64,000 bases of DNA from Atribacterota bacterium (GTDB lineage: Bacteria > Atribacterota > Phoenicimicrobiia > Phoenicimicrobiales > Stramentimicrobiaceae), in the NCBI GenBank assembly GCA_040767965.1, contig JAXGNR010000007.1, positions 122,110-186,109 on the forward strand, in the 5' to 3' direction. The stretch's first letter is position 1. Every line of letters begins with the position of its first letter. The position numbers were made by a program, and so were the translations under genes. Of this stretch, positions 31,209 to 39,667 are shown piece after piece. The notes under the pieces were generated by a model. It searched no databases, had not been told where the DNA came from, and was given only the letters and a program-made list of their open reading frames with translations.

Positions 31209-31688
31209 TTATATTCCCTTATTAATTTCCTGATTTTTTACTGTTTCAGCCATTTTACTTATATAATTTTCCAGCTTTTCTTTTATCCGAGAGCTTCCTA
31301 GAGCCAATATCCTGGCAGCTAACAAAGCAGCATTAGCTGCATTATTTATGCCGACAGTTGCCACAGGTACCCCCTTTGGCATCTGTACAATGGAAAGAAG
31401 TGAGTCCATACCTTCTAATGTTTGAGTTTTAATAGGAACACCAATTACAGGTAAAGCAGTCTTGGCAGCAATTACCCCCGGTAAATGTGCCGCTCCTCCT
31501 GCCCCGGAAATAATAACTTTAAATTCTCGATCAGAAAACTGACTTATATACTTAAAAAGAAAATCCGGAGTGCGATGAGCTGAAATAGCTCTCATCTCAT
31601 AACCTATTCCCAGTTCTTCTAAGATTTCAGAAGCTTTGTCCATAATATTCATATCAGAAATACTTCCCATTATGATACTTACATCCAT
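31209..31688 (-). CDS. purE: N5-CAIR mutase
   Basis: IMGSISD, SAHRTP, GAGGAAHLPG, PVIGVP, SIVQMPKGVPVATV. Confidence 0.97.
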   Translation of the reverse strand: MDVSIIMGSISDMNIMDKASEILEELGIGYEMRAISAHRTPDFLFKYISQFSDREFKVIISGAGGAAHLPGVIAAKTALPVIGVPIKTQTLEGMDSLLSIVQMPKGVPVATVGINNAANAALLAARILALGSSRIKEKLENYISKMAETVKNQEINKGI

Positions 31689-31732
31689 ATTATAGCTCCT
31701 TTCTATTTTATTAGAAAATATGTCTTTCTAAA

Positions 31733-31795
31733 AATAAAAAATCCCAAGACAAGAGGTCTTCCAAATAAGAGTGGAACCTCTCCGTCTGGGATTTT
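31733..31795 (-). terminator. Riboswitch expression-platform terminator upstream of purE
   Basis: Minus strand AAAATCCCAGACGGAGAGGTTCCA...TGGAAGACCTCTTGTCTTGGGATTTTTTATTTT; overlaps the 3' half of the ykkC aptamer. Confidence 0.85.
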
Positions 31796-31896
31796 AACCC
31801 TACGGTGTAGTATATAACATACACTTTGCACCACTTGGTTCAAACCCTGTTATAGCAATAGATATAACAGATGGATCCCTAAGATGCACTTCCACT
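31769..31896 (-). ncRNA. ykkC-family riboswitch aptamer, probably subtype 2b (PRPP)
   Basis: GGAAGUGCAUCUUAGGGAUCC...CCAAGUGGUGCA...ACACCGUAGGGUUAAAAUCCCAGACGGAGAGGUUCC matches the ykkC architecture, including a P0 stem (GAGUGGAA/UUCCACUC); lies upstream of purE. Confidence 0.85.
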
Positions 31897-31965
31897 CGTA
31901 GCCATTTGTGATTTACGGTCACTTGGTAGAAACGTTTTCGCCATATTCGAAAACTTATACGAGTA
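31893..31965 (-). ncRNA. Purine (guanine) riboswitch aptamer
   Basis: UACUCGUA-UAA-GUUUUCG-AAUAUGG-CGAAAAC-GUUUCUAC-CAAGUGA-CCGUAAA-UCAC...G-C-UACGAGUG; C at the specificity position. Confidence 0.92.
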
Positions 31966-31996
31966 TTTTTATTCTTTTTATTAAATATCTGAAAAG

Positions 31997-32025
31997 AATA
32001 TAGCACCATACCTAATAATTGTCAA
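31997..32025 (-). promoter_or_regulatory. Sigma70 promoter of the pur operon
   Basis: Minus strand TTGACA-17 bp-TATATT with an extended TG. Confidence 0.75.
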
Positions 32026-32068
32026 ATAGGAAACAACTGAAATGGTATGGCATGAAGGTCAATAAAAT

Positions 32069-33025
32069 CTATATTTTATTTTTATTAAAATAAAAACGAA
32101 ATATTATTAAGAGGCCAACACTGAAACTTAAAACAAGCATATAAACCATTGAAAAAAAATTATAATTAAGAGATTTTAGGGTGATTCCGAATGATGTTAA
32201 AATTAAAAAAATAGAGTATAATTTTTTTAATTTTTCTCCGCCAATATTACAAGTAGAACATACCCCAAAATTTACTCCAACAAAACTTCCCAAACCCAAT
32301 AATAAGGATACAGGCAATAGCACCATTCCAGAACGATAATATAGAAAAGCAGCGAAAATACTAGAGACCACTATAGTAACTAAACTTGTACCTACAGCAT
32401 GATGTGTTTTCAAATTTAGAAATACTATCAATATGGGTACCAAGATAAAACCACCACCAACCCCTAAAAACCCCTGCAGGAAACCTACTAATAAAGCTAT
32501 GATAATTATTGGCCAAATGGAAGAGGGTGCATTCTCTTCTTCTAATTTTATTTTTGGTGGTAAGTTTTTAATTGCAGTAAATATTGGAGTTAATTTTCTT
32601 TTTTTATTGTTATCCAGTTGCTGACTTCTAGTTTTTTTTCTAATCGTTAGCAAACCTAAAGTTAAAAGTAATACTATGTATAGTGAACGTATATAAATAT
32701 CAGCTAATTGTAATCTATCCAGATATATCACCAACGGTTGAGAAATTCTGATACCAATAAAACTTACCAAGCCAATAATAACAGATAATCTGATTAAAGT
32801 ATTACCTGCTAAATAATGTTTAACTCCTCCCAATGAAGAAACTAGTACTGCAAAAAAAAGCCCAGTGCCAACTGCAGTTGGCATGGGAAGACCCATAATA
32901 TTTAATAATGGGGTAAGAATAAAACATCCTCCTACTCCAAAAAATCCGCTCAAAATACCTATATTGAATCCTATTAAAAGCAATATTACAGCAGTAAAAA
33001 TAGTTATTTGATTAAATATATCCAT
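32069..33025 (-). CDS. Sulfite exporter TauE/SafE family membrane protein
   Basis: Duplicated G..SGFFGVGG / GFLGVGGGFILVP and AVGT motifs, multiple TM helices. Confidence 0.9.
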   Translation of the reverse strand: MDIFNQITIFTAVILLLIGFNIGILSGFFGVGGCFILTPLLNIMGLPMPTAVGTGLFFAVLVSSLGGVKHYLAGNTLIRLSVIIGLVSFIGIRISQPLVIYLDRLQLADIYIRSLYIVLLLTLGLLTIRKKTRSQQLDNNKKRKLTPIFTAIKNLPPKIKLEEENAPSSIWPIIIIALLVGFLQGFLGVGGGFILVPILIVFLNLKTHHAVGTSLVTIVVSSIFAAFLYYRSGMVLLPVSLLLGLGSFVGVNFGVCSTCNIGGEKLKKLYSIFLILTSFGITLKSLNYNFFSMVYMLVLSFSVGLLIIFRFYFNKNKI

Positions 33026-33135
33026 TTTCTCCCTTTTTTATTGTAGTTTGATTTAAATTATATCCTCTTAAAAATTATTATACTTGGTTAAAAAATTATA
33101 GGTGTATCAATATATTCAGAATGTTTTAATTTTAT

Positions 33136-35013
33136 TTAATTAAAAAATAGTTTTTCAGTAAATATTTCTTGAAAATTTTCATAGCAAGATAATTCAATAT
33201 ATTTTGTTTTTTCTCTGATTTCTTGAGCTAAATTCCTTATTTTTTCTGATAACAAAAGCTTTATTGCTCCTCTTCCTGCCGCATTTCCTATTGATTTAAT
33301 TTTGCACAAAGTAACTTTTGGAATGACGTTTAATGTAACCAGGTTTTTTGCATCTAAAACATTGCCAAATGACCCAGCTAATAAAACTATATCAATATCA
33401 TTTTCATTTATATTTGCCAACTCTAATAATATTTTAATCCCTGCACCAATAGCAGCTTTTGCTAATTGGAACTCCCTGATGTCTTTTTGGGTTAAAAATA
33501 TAGATATTCCATTAATAGTCTCTTTTTTATCAACAACCAAGAATTTATTTTCATTTTTTTCTTCTATTATTTTTTCAGCCAGGTATTTTTTACTAATCTT
33601 ATTATTTTTATATTCTTCTGATGTTAGCAACCTGCCATCTGGCTTTATCACTTTATAATTAACTAATCCTGCTATTAAATCTATCAGACCGGAACCGCAG
33701 ATTCCCTTTGCTTTTGTTTTACCAATAACTCTATATTCTATTTTTTCATCTCTCATCCTAACTGAATCGATAGCCCCATAATCAGCTCTCATTCCGTGAC
33801 TGATTCTTGCACCTTCAAAAGCTGGTCCGGCAGCTGCTGAGCAAGTATATATTTTACCAGCTACACTTAAAACTATCTCTCCATTTGTACCTAAATCTAC
33901 CAGCAGAATATTATCTTTCTTCTGCCAGATAGAAATATCAATCATATCAGCTATAGTATCCCCTCCAATATAAGCAGATACATTTGGTGCTGTATAAACT
34001 CCGGCATGGGGAATTAAACAAAAACCGGGTAAATCTCTTGCTTCTTTGTAGATACTGTCAGTAATAACAGGAATGTATGGAGAAACAGCTATGTTTTCTA
34101 CAGGTAACGCCCATAGAAAATGCTGCATGCTAGGATTCCCAACCACAGAAGCCAGATAAATCTGTTGATAATCAATCCCTGCTTTCTTTGACAGGGAAAT
34201 TATAATTCTATTTAATTCTGTAATTAGTTTTTGCTGGAGTTCTTGCAAACCTGCCTTATTCTGTTTACTGAAGTCAATGCGGGAAATAACATCATCTCCA
34301 TAAACATGCTGAGGATTTGCAGATGCTTCCGTAGCAATTGTCTTAAATGTTGACAGATTAAGCAAATATCCTGCAATTGTAGTAGTGCCAATATCAAATG
34401 CAACCCCATATATATTCTTTCTGGTATCTCCTGGTTCAATAGCTATGATTTTATTCTCATATAAAACAAGTGTTATCTGGAAGTTATTATCTCTGAGCAG
34501 AACAGGAATTTTTGCAAGAATACTTATGGGAATATCATATTTAAAATTATTGTCTTTTATATTATTTTCCAGTTCACTTTTTACCCTTGACCAATCAGAT
34601 CTTTGATCCTGTAAATCTGGTGGCATTAATTTGATAAATACTTTTTTTATTTGAGTTGATGGTTGAAAATCATCGGTTAAATAATTGGAATTTACCTTAT
34701 TTTTAGCAGCAAAATAAGCTTTATTTTTTTCTACATCATCAGGAATAAATAAAGTACTATCCTGGGTAAGATAAGTCTGGCAAGCCAGGCATACTCCTTT
34801 TTCTATTTCTTCTTCTGTTAGTAATTCTTTTTGATTATCATCTAAATCAAGAATTTTTGGAAAAACTCTAATTTTGCATTTTCCGCAAATTCCTTTTCCT
34901 CCACAGGGAGTCACCAGCACTATATCTGTTTTTTTTAATACATCTAAGGCTAAAGAATTAATTGGAACAATTAATGTTTTTTGCCCGGGATTGATTGTTA
35001 CTTTTATCATCAA
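33136..35013 (-). CDS. ASKHA-type reductive activator of corrinoid proteins (RACo/DUF4445) with N-terminal [2Fe-2S]
   Basis: PCGGKGICGKC...LACQ, AFDIGTTT, NPQ..YGDDVISRI, VDLGTNGE, AAGPAFEG, GICGSGL, TQKDIREFQLAKAA, LAGSFG, GNAA. Confidence 0.92.
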   Translation of the reverse strand: MMIKVTINPGQKTLIVPINSLALDVLKKTDIVLVTPCGGKGICGKCKIRVFPKILDLDDNQKELLTEEEIEKGVCLACQTYLTQDSTLFIPDDVEKNKAYFAAKNKVNSNYLTDDFQPSTQIKKVFIKLMPPDLQDQRSDWSRVKSELENNIKDNNFKYDIPISILAKIPVLLRDNNFQITLVLYENKIIAIEPGDTRKNIYGVAFDIGTTTIAGYLLNLSTFKTIATEASANPQHVYGDDVISRIDFSKQNKAGLQELQQKLITELNRIIISLSKKAGIDYQQIYLASVVGNPSMQHFLWALPVENIAVSPYIPVITDSIYKEARDLPGFCLIPHAGVYTAPNVSAYIGGDTIADMIDISIWQKKDNILLVDLGTNGEIVLSVAGKIYTCSAAAGPAFEGARISHGMRADYGAIDSVRMRDEKIEYRVIGKTKAKGICGSGLIDLIAGLVNYKVIKPDGRLLTSEEYKNNKISKKYLAEKIIEEKNENKFLVVDKKETINGISIFLTQKDIREFQLAKAAIGAGIKILLELANINENDIDIVLLAGSFGNVLDAKNLVTLNVIPKVTLCKIKSIGNAAGRGAIKLLLSEKIRNLAQEIREKTKYIELSCYENFQEIFTEKLFFN

Positions 35014-35051
35014 TTATTCAATCTCATCTATTCTATTGGTTTAGTTTATAT

Positions 35052-35966
35052 TTATTTGTTTATTCTTTCTGAAATCGCTTTAATATGTTCAGGAGTTGTT
35101 CCACAACATCCTCCAATAATATTAACTTTTAATTTTACAAATTTTTCGGCATAATCAGCCATTTCTTGTGGTGAGGCTGGATAAATAACCTTCTTGTTTT
35201 CTATATAAGGCACTCCTGCATTTGGTTCTACCAGCAAAGGAGCATCAGTCATTTCACGCATTTTATATAATACTTTATAAAGAACTTCTGGTCCACTTCC
35301 ACAGTTTGCCCCTACTCCATCAGATCCTTCTTCAAAAAGGCTTTCTACTGCTTTTTCTGGACTAATCCCATAAATCGTTTTTAAGTTATCATCAAAAGTC
35401 ATTGAACTGAATACAACTAAATCACTATGATCTTTTACCGCTTTTAAAGCTATTTTAATCTCATCCAGATTATAAAAAGTTTCCAAAATAAATAAATCTA
35501 CTCCAGCAGATACCAGTTCTTGAACTTGTTTGCTATAACCTTCATAGGCATCTTTATTTGTTAAATCACCACACGGCTCCAGAATCTCTCCTGTGGGACC
35601 AATAGAACCAGCAATAAAAACTGATTTATTATTTTTTGAAATGTAATCATCAGCAGCTTCTTTTGCCAGGATTGCAGCCTGCTGGTTAATCTCAACTAAT
35701 CTATGATCCTGTTTAACTTTTTTCAGCTTGACTCCATTTGCTCCAAAAGTATTAGTTAAAATAATGTCTGCACCTGCTTCTAAATAGGATGTATGAATTT
35801 TTTTAATTATATCGGGGTGTTCAATGTTCCATGCTTCCGGACAATCTCCGGATTTTAACCCATTTTTCTGTAACATGGTACCCATAGCTCCATCAATAAT
35901 AAGTATCTTTTCTTTTAGAATTTCCAGAATGCTCTTTTCTTTAACTAATTTCCTTTCATCTATCAT
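35052..35966 (-). CDS. Homocysteine S-methyltransferase domain protein (stand-alone MetH Hcy-binding domain)
   Basis: DGAMGTMLQ, TNTFGAN, GSIGPTG, GANCG, PNAG, IGGCCGTTPEHI. Confidence 0.92.
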   Translation of the reverse strand: MIDERKLVKEKSILEILKEKILIIDGAMGTMLQKNGLKSGDCPEAWNIEHPDIIKKIHTSYLEAGADIILTNTFGANGVKLKKVKQDHRLVEINQQAAILAKEAADDYISKNNKSVFIAGSIGPTGEILEPCGDLTNKDAYEGYSKQVQELVSAGVDLFILETFYNLDEIKIALKAVKDHSDLVVFSSMTFDDNLKTIYGISPEKAVESLFEEGSDGVGANCGSGPEVLYKVLYKMREMTDAPLLVEPNAGVPYIENKKVIYPASPQEMADYAEKFVKLKVNIIGGCCGTTPEHIKAISERINK

Positions 35967-36217
35967 TAATACCTCCTGGGTTAATTAAATATTTCCTGAA
36001 ATATTTAATTTATAAATATACTAATATCATATCATGATTATTTTCTTTTTAAAGTTTATTTCGAAAAATAAGCAAGATTCTAATGTTTATATTTTTACAA
36101 AACAATTTTTTTAATATAAAAACACAATTAACCAGAAATTAACAATTAATTAATGAAATATTCATAAATATTTTTTATAATTTGATTAAAAATAAAAAAG
36201 ATGAAAGGAGTTTAAAA

Positions 36218-36664
36218 TTGATAACATTTAATAAAACTATTGCTGTGCCTACAAAAAAATATCAAAAAAAAGAAAAGGATATATGTATTGCTTTAATTGC
36301 ACATGATGGTAAAAAAGCAGATATGGTTTCTTTTGTAAAGGAAAATGAAGGTTTTTTAAAAAATTATCAACTAATTGCAACCCATTCTACCGGACAATTG
36401 ATTAATGAACATACCAGTCTTTCTGTTATTCAAATGCTATCAGGTCCACTGGGAGGAGATCTGCAGATAGGTGGCTTAGTAGCCAGCAAAGAAGTGAATT
36501 TGGTAATATTTTTAAGAGATCCTCTAGCAAAACAGCCTCACGATCCAGATATTGCCGCCCTTATGAAAGTATGTGATATCCACAACATACCTTTAGCAAC
36601 TAATTTAAAAACAGCTGACTATTTGCTAAAAGGTTTTTCTTTGTTTATCAATAAAGAGGAGTAA
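36218..36664 (+). CDS. mgsA: Methylglyoxal synthase
   Basis: IALIAHDGKK, SGPLGGDLQIG, FLRDPL..QPHDPDI, CDIHNIPLATN; TTG start after GAAAGGAG. Confidence 0.95.
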   Translation: MITFNKTIAVPTKKYQKKEKDICIALIAHDGKKADMVSFVKENEGFLKNYQLIATHSTGQLINEHTSLSVIQMLSGPLGGDLQIGGLVASKEVNLVIFLRDPLAKQPHDPDIAALMKVCDIHNIPLATNLKTADYLLKGFSLFINKEE

Positions 36665-36697
36665 ATATAAATCATAAAACTAAAAAGAGGACTTCTT

Positions 36698-37357
36698 TTA
36701 GGTTAAATAAAATAATATACCAAGAAAATGAGAGATGCTTCCAGCCAGGACAAAGATATGCCAGATTGGATGATGAAAAGGTAATCTTTTCCATAAATAA
36801 AAGACTATCCCAAGAATATAACAACCTCCACCTATCAGCAGCCAGATAAGTAAACCTCGAGGAAGCATTTGAATCATTGGTTTTATAGCAACAACAAGAA
36901 ATGAGCCCATAAATACATAGGACATAACCAGTAATATTTTTAATTTATCCAAAAGAAAAATCGTAACAACTACTCCACTAATTGCCATTATCCATGAAGC
37001 GCTGAAGAGAATCCATCCCCATACGCCTCGCATTAAAGTCAATGTAATTGGGGTATAAGTCCCTGCAATAAGCAGGTAGATAGCTGAGTGGTCAAAAATT
37101 CTAAAGATTTTCTTTGCTTTCAGGTTCATAACTCCATGATAAAGGGCAGAAGATAAATACAGTAAAATCAAGGTTGCTCCATAGATACTAAAGCTGACAA
37201 TCCGCCAGACATCACCTTCTCTGCTGGCAAGCACAATTAATATAATTAGTGCAGCAATACTCAAACCTGCTCCAACGCTGTGAGTAATACTATTTGTTAT
37301 CTCTTCACTATAGCTTTGAATTCTGGAAATATTTATTTTACCTAAATTTTTTATCAT
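36698..37357 (-). CDS. Hemolysin III / PAQR family membrane protein
   Basis: EEITNSITH, SSALYH, DHSAIYLLIAGTYTP, HHPIWHIFVLAG..SH. Confidence 0.92.
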   Translation of the reverse strand: MIKNLGKINISRIQSYSEEITNSITHSVGAGLSIAALIILIVLASREGDVWRIVSFSIYGATLILLYLSSALYHGVMNLKAKKIFRIFDHSAIYLLIAGTYTPITLTLMRGVWGWILFSASWIMAISGVVVTIFLLDKLKILLVMSYVFMGSFLVVAIKPMIQMLPRGLLIWLLIGGGCYILGIVFYLWKRLPFHHPIWHIFVLAGSISHFLGILFYLT

Positions 37358-37695
37358 ATTATTGTCCGTTTGGTACTTATTAAAGTTTTTAAAAATCCTT
37401 TAATATAATAATTTTAACATGCTAATTCCTTTCTTGCAAAGATAATATATAAAATTACATGCTTATAAAACATAGGAAATGAATAATATTAATAAGATGA
37501 AGAAGCTGTATCCTATTTTCTATAAAAGTAAGGAGGAAACAATATAGATAAATTTCCACTTAAACAGAAATGTCGATAAATGTCAATAATCTCCCTTTAT
37601 ACCTTTAATTTTAGTTATTTCAAAAAAATATTTTTCCATTTTTTGTATTTCGCCCTCTTTTTTGCTTTTACATTATAGAAACCAAATTCGTTTCT

Positions 37696-37851
37696 GGTAT
37701 TCAGTATCTAGCATTGAGTATAAAGTAGATAGAAAAAATATGCCTACATAATTGAAACTCAAAATACTTTAACATACACAATAATCATATATTGCAAAAA
37801 TGTACATAGGATTCTTCTTTACATAATACTACATACTAAATACTGAATACT
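37696..37851. repeat. Inverted heptamer (AGTATNN) repeat arrays in the DUF1659 leader
   Basis: Left GGTATTC-AGTATCT-AGCATTG-AGTATAA-AGTAGAT; right ATACTAC-ATACTAA-ATACTGA-ATACT; arms 37697-37721 and 37826-37850 are complementary at 21/25 positions. Confidence 0.75.
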
Positions 37852-37877
37852 ATTTTAAAAAAAAAGGAGGTGAAAAA

Positions 37878-38105
37878 ATGTCTGTTTTAGTTGTGCCATA
37901 TGACTCTGTTTTACAGCTTAGATTGATTACCGGGACAGATCCTGATTCAGGAAATCCTATAATTAAAACTAAAAGCTTCAACAAAGTCAAAGATTCTGCA
38001 ATTGCACAGGATGTGTTTGATGTTGCAAATGAGTTAGCCGGTTTGCAAAAATTTAGTCTGGATGAAATCAGGTTAAATCAATCTGCTCAGTTAACTTCAG
38101 AATAA
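37878..38105 (+). CDS. DUF1659-like small protein
   Basis: S.LQL...G.D..GNPIIKTKSF..VK.......V..VA..LA.LQ...L..I pattern; strong SD AAGGAGGTG. Confidence 0.75.
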   Translation: MSVLVVPYDSVLQLRLITGTDPDSGNPIIKTKSFNKVKDSAIAQDVFDVANELAGLQKFSLDEIRLNQSAQLTSE

Positions 38106-38163
38106 AAAATGATTAGCTTTTTATAATAAAACAATAGGAATAGAAAGGAGAAAGGAGGAAATA

Positions 38164-38442
38164 ATGTCTACTACACTTGGTGATGTAACCAGTTATAAAC
38201 GGTTATATATGCAATTTAGGGATAGTGAAGGAAACATGGTCAATTTAACATTGGATAACCCTAAAAACCTGGAAGATGAAGATTATGTTGATTTAGCAGC
38301 CCAGGATGCAGCTATTGAAGCTGTAATGGATACTGTTCTCAGCAAAAATATTTTTCAGAACAAGGGTAATGACCTGGTGGAAAAAGTCAATGCTCGAATA
38401 ATTGACTACAAATCCACTGATGTCATGGATGTATCTGAATAA
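38164..38442 (+). CDS. DUF2922-like small acidic protein
   Basis: K.L.M.F.D.EG....LTL.NPK...I.AVMD.V...NIF...G..LV....ARII; strong SD AAGGAGGA. Confidence 0.78.
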   Translation: MSTTLGDVTSYKRLYMQFRDSEGNMVNLTLDNPKNLEDEDYVDLAAQDAAIEAVMDTVLSKNIFQNKGNDLVEKVNARIIDYKSTDVMDVSE

Positions 38443-38477
38443 AAATATATTTTATGTGAATAAATAATTAATAGAAA

Positions 38478-38512
38478 AGCCGGGAGTGATAATTACTTCC
38501 GGCTAATTTTAT
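38478..38512 (+). terminator. Internal hairpin / leaky terminator between DUF2922 and the holin
   Basis: AGCCGGGAGTGA / TTACTTCCGGCT (with G-U pairs) followed by an A/T-rich tail. Confidence 0.6.
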
Positions 38513-38550
38513 TATTTAAAAATCAATTTTCTAATAAAAAGGAGTAAAAA

Positions 38551-38931
38551 ATGATTCAAATATTATTGAGTAAATTTTTTATGGAAGGCCTATTGGTTCT
38601 GGCGGTATCTATTGGCTTTGGATTTTTAAAGAACAAACTGGGTAATGACCGGACAGAAACTATCAAAGAGGCATTACTAACTGCTATGCTCTGGGCAGAA
38701 GAGGAATTCGGTATCGGTCAGGGTGATAAGAAATGGGAAGAGGCCTGGAATAAACTGCAAGAGATTCTAATGGACAAGAAAATAAATTTAAAAGCACAAG
38801 AAATAAGGGAATTAAAAACTTTAATGAAAGCTAATATTCATAGGGTTAACAGAGAATATTACGATACTCTTTTAAAAAAAGAGAGTTTTCTTGGACCAAT
38901 AGAGGAAAGCAGTATGGGTTATAAAGAATAA
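38551..38931 (+). CDS. Putative holin (LL-H-like: single N-terminal TM + 'WAEE.FG.GQG..K' domain)
   Basis: TM segment GLLVLAVSIGFGFL followed by A...AEE..G.GQG.KK...A, typical of LL-H-type holins; directly upstream of a peptidoglycan peptidase. Confidence 0.6.
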   Translation: MIQILLSKFFMEGLLVLAVSIGFGFLKNKLGNDRTETIKEALLTAMLWAEEEFGIGQGDKKWEEAWNKLQEILMDKKINLKAQEIRELKTLMKANIHRVNREYYDTLLKKESFLGPIEESSMGYKE

Positions 38932-38932
38932 A

Positions 38933-39322
38933 ATGCTTATTACCAAGTCTATAAATCATATTTATCTTTCTGAATTTTTTTCTTTGGAGGAATTCCAATG
39001 TCCCTGTTGTCGGTGTGTAAAATTAGATCCATCTTTGCTGCAAAAATTAAAAGGATTGCGGAATAAGATAAAAAAACCGGTTATTATCACTTCTGGTTAT
39101 CGATGTTCAAAACATAATTCAGAAGTAGGCGGGGTCAAAAACAGCTACCATCTCCTTGGTATGGCTGTGGATATCTTTGTGCCGGAAATTCCTATTGCTA
39201 GACTGTTACAGATTACCCGGGAGTTTAAATTTCAGGGAATCGGTTTTTATCCTGATAGGAATTTTCTGCACTTGGATATCCGCAATACAGATCAACCTGT
39301 ATACTGGCAGGGGTTATTATGA
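38933..39322 (+). CDS. Peptidase M15A (D-Ala-D-Ala/endolysin-type Zn peptidase), no signal peptide
   Basis: EFQCPCC, ITSGYRC..HN..VGG...SYH..G.AVD, GIG.Y....FLHLD.R. Confidence 0.88.
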   Translation: MLITKSINHIYLSEFFSLEEFQCPCCRCVKLDPSLLQKLKGLRNKIKKPVIITSGYRCSKHNSEVGGVKNSYHLLGMAVDIFVPEIPIARLLQITREFKFQGIGFYPDRNFLHLDIRNTDQPVYWQGLL

Positions 39323-39340
39323 TCCGGAGGGAGAAGCAAA

Positions 39341-39610
39341 ATGAACATATTAGATTGGACGCAGCTAATTGCCAATCAGGGATTTCCTATTGCCCTGTCA
39401 GTTTTTTTAATATTTCGGATTGATAGATTTATGCAGCAACTGATTAACACCCAAAAAGAAGGTTATCAACAAATTTTTAAACAGATTTCTGTTGTCCAAA
39501 AAACATTAAATCAGATTAATCAGCAAAATCGGGATTATTATTCTCTTTACTGTAATGAGATACAAAGAGAATTAGCCAGTATTAAAACTCATATCAAAAA
39601 AGCTTCTTAG
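39341..39610 (+). CDS. YvrJ-family membrane protein with coiled-coil tail
   Basis: LIANQGFPIALSVFLIFRID..M..L motif. Confidence 0.75.
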   Translation: MNILDWTQLIANQGFPIALSVFLIFRIDRFMQQLINTQKEGYQQIFKQISVVQKTLNQINQQNRDYYSLYCNEIQRELASIKTHIKKAS

Positions 39611-39633
39611 CAACTAAGTTAAGGAGCTTTTTT
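39596..39633. terminator. Bidirectional terminator closing the DUF1659 cassette
   Basis: AAAAAAGCTTCTTAG...TTAAGGAGCTTTTTT. Confidence 0.7.
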
Positions 39634-39667
39634 GATTAATTGTAAAATTATTTAAATATAATTTTTA

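Noticed and set aside
31769-31896. Guanidine-I riboswitch
   Set aside because: The P0 stem, tandem arrangement with a guanine aptamer and purE context favour the PRPP subtype; no guanidine exporter or carboxylase downstream
31800-32009. 69-aa ORF upstream of purE
   Set aside because: It coincides with the promoter and two riboswitch aptamers
37696-37851. CRISPR array
   Set aside because: Repeats are degenerate 7-mers without spacers; no cas genes in the window
37878-39610. Intact prophage
   Set aside because: No integrase, att-like repeats, terminase, capsid, tail or replication genes; only a holin/peptidase-like pair
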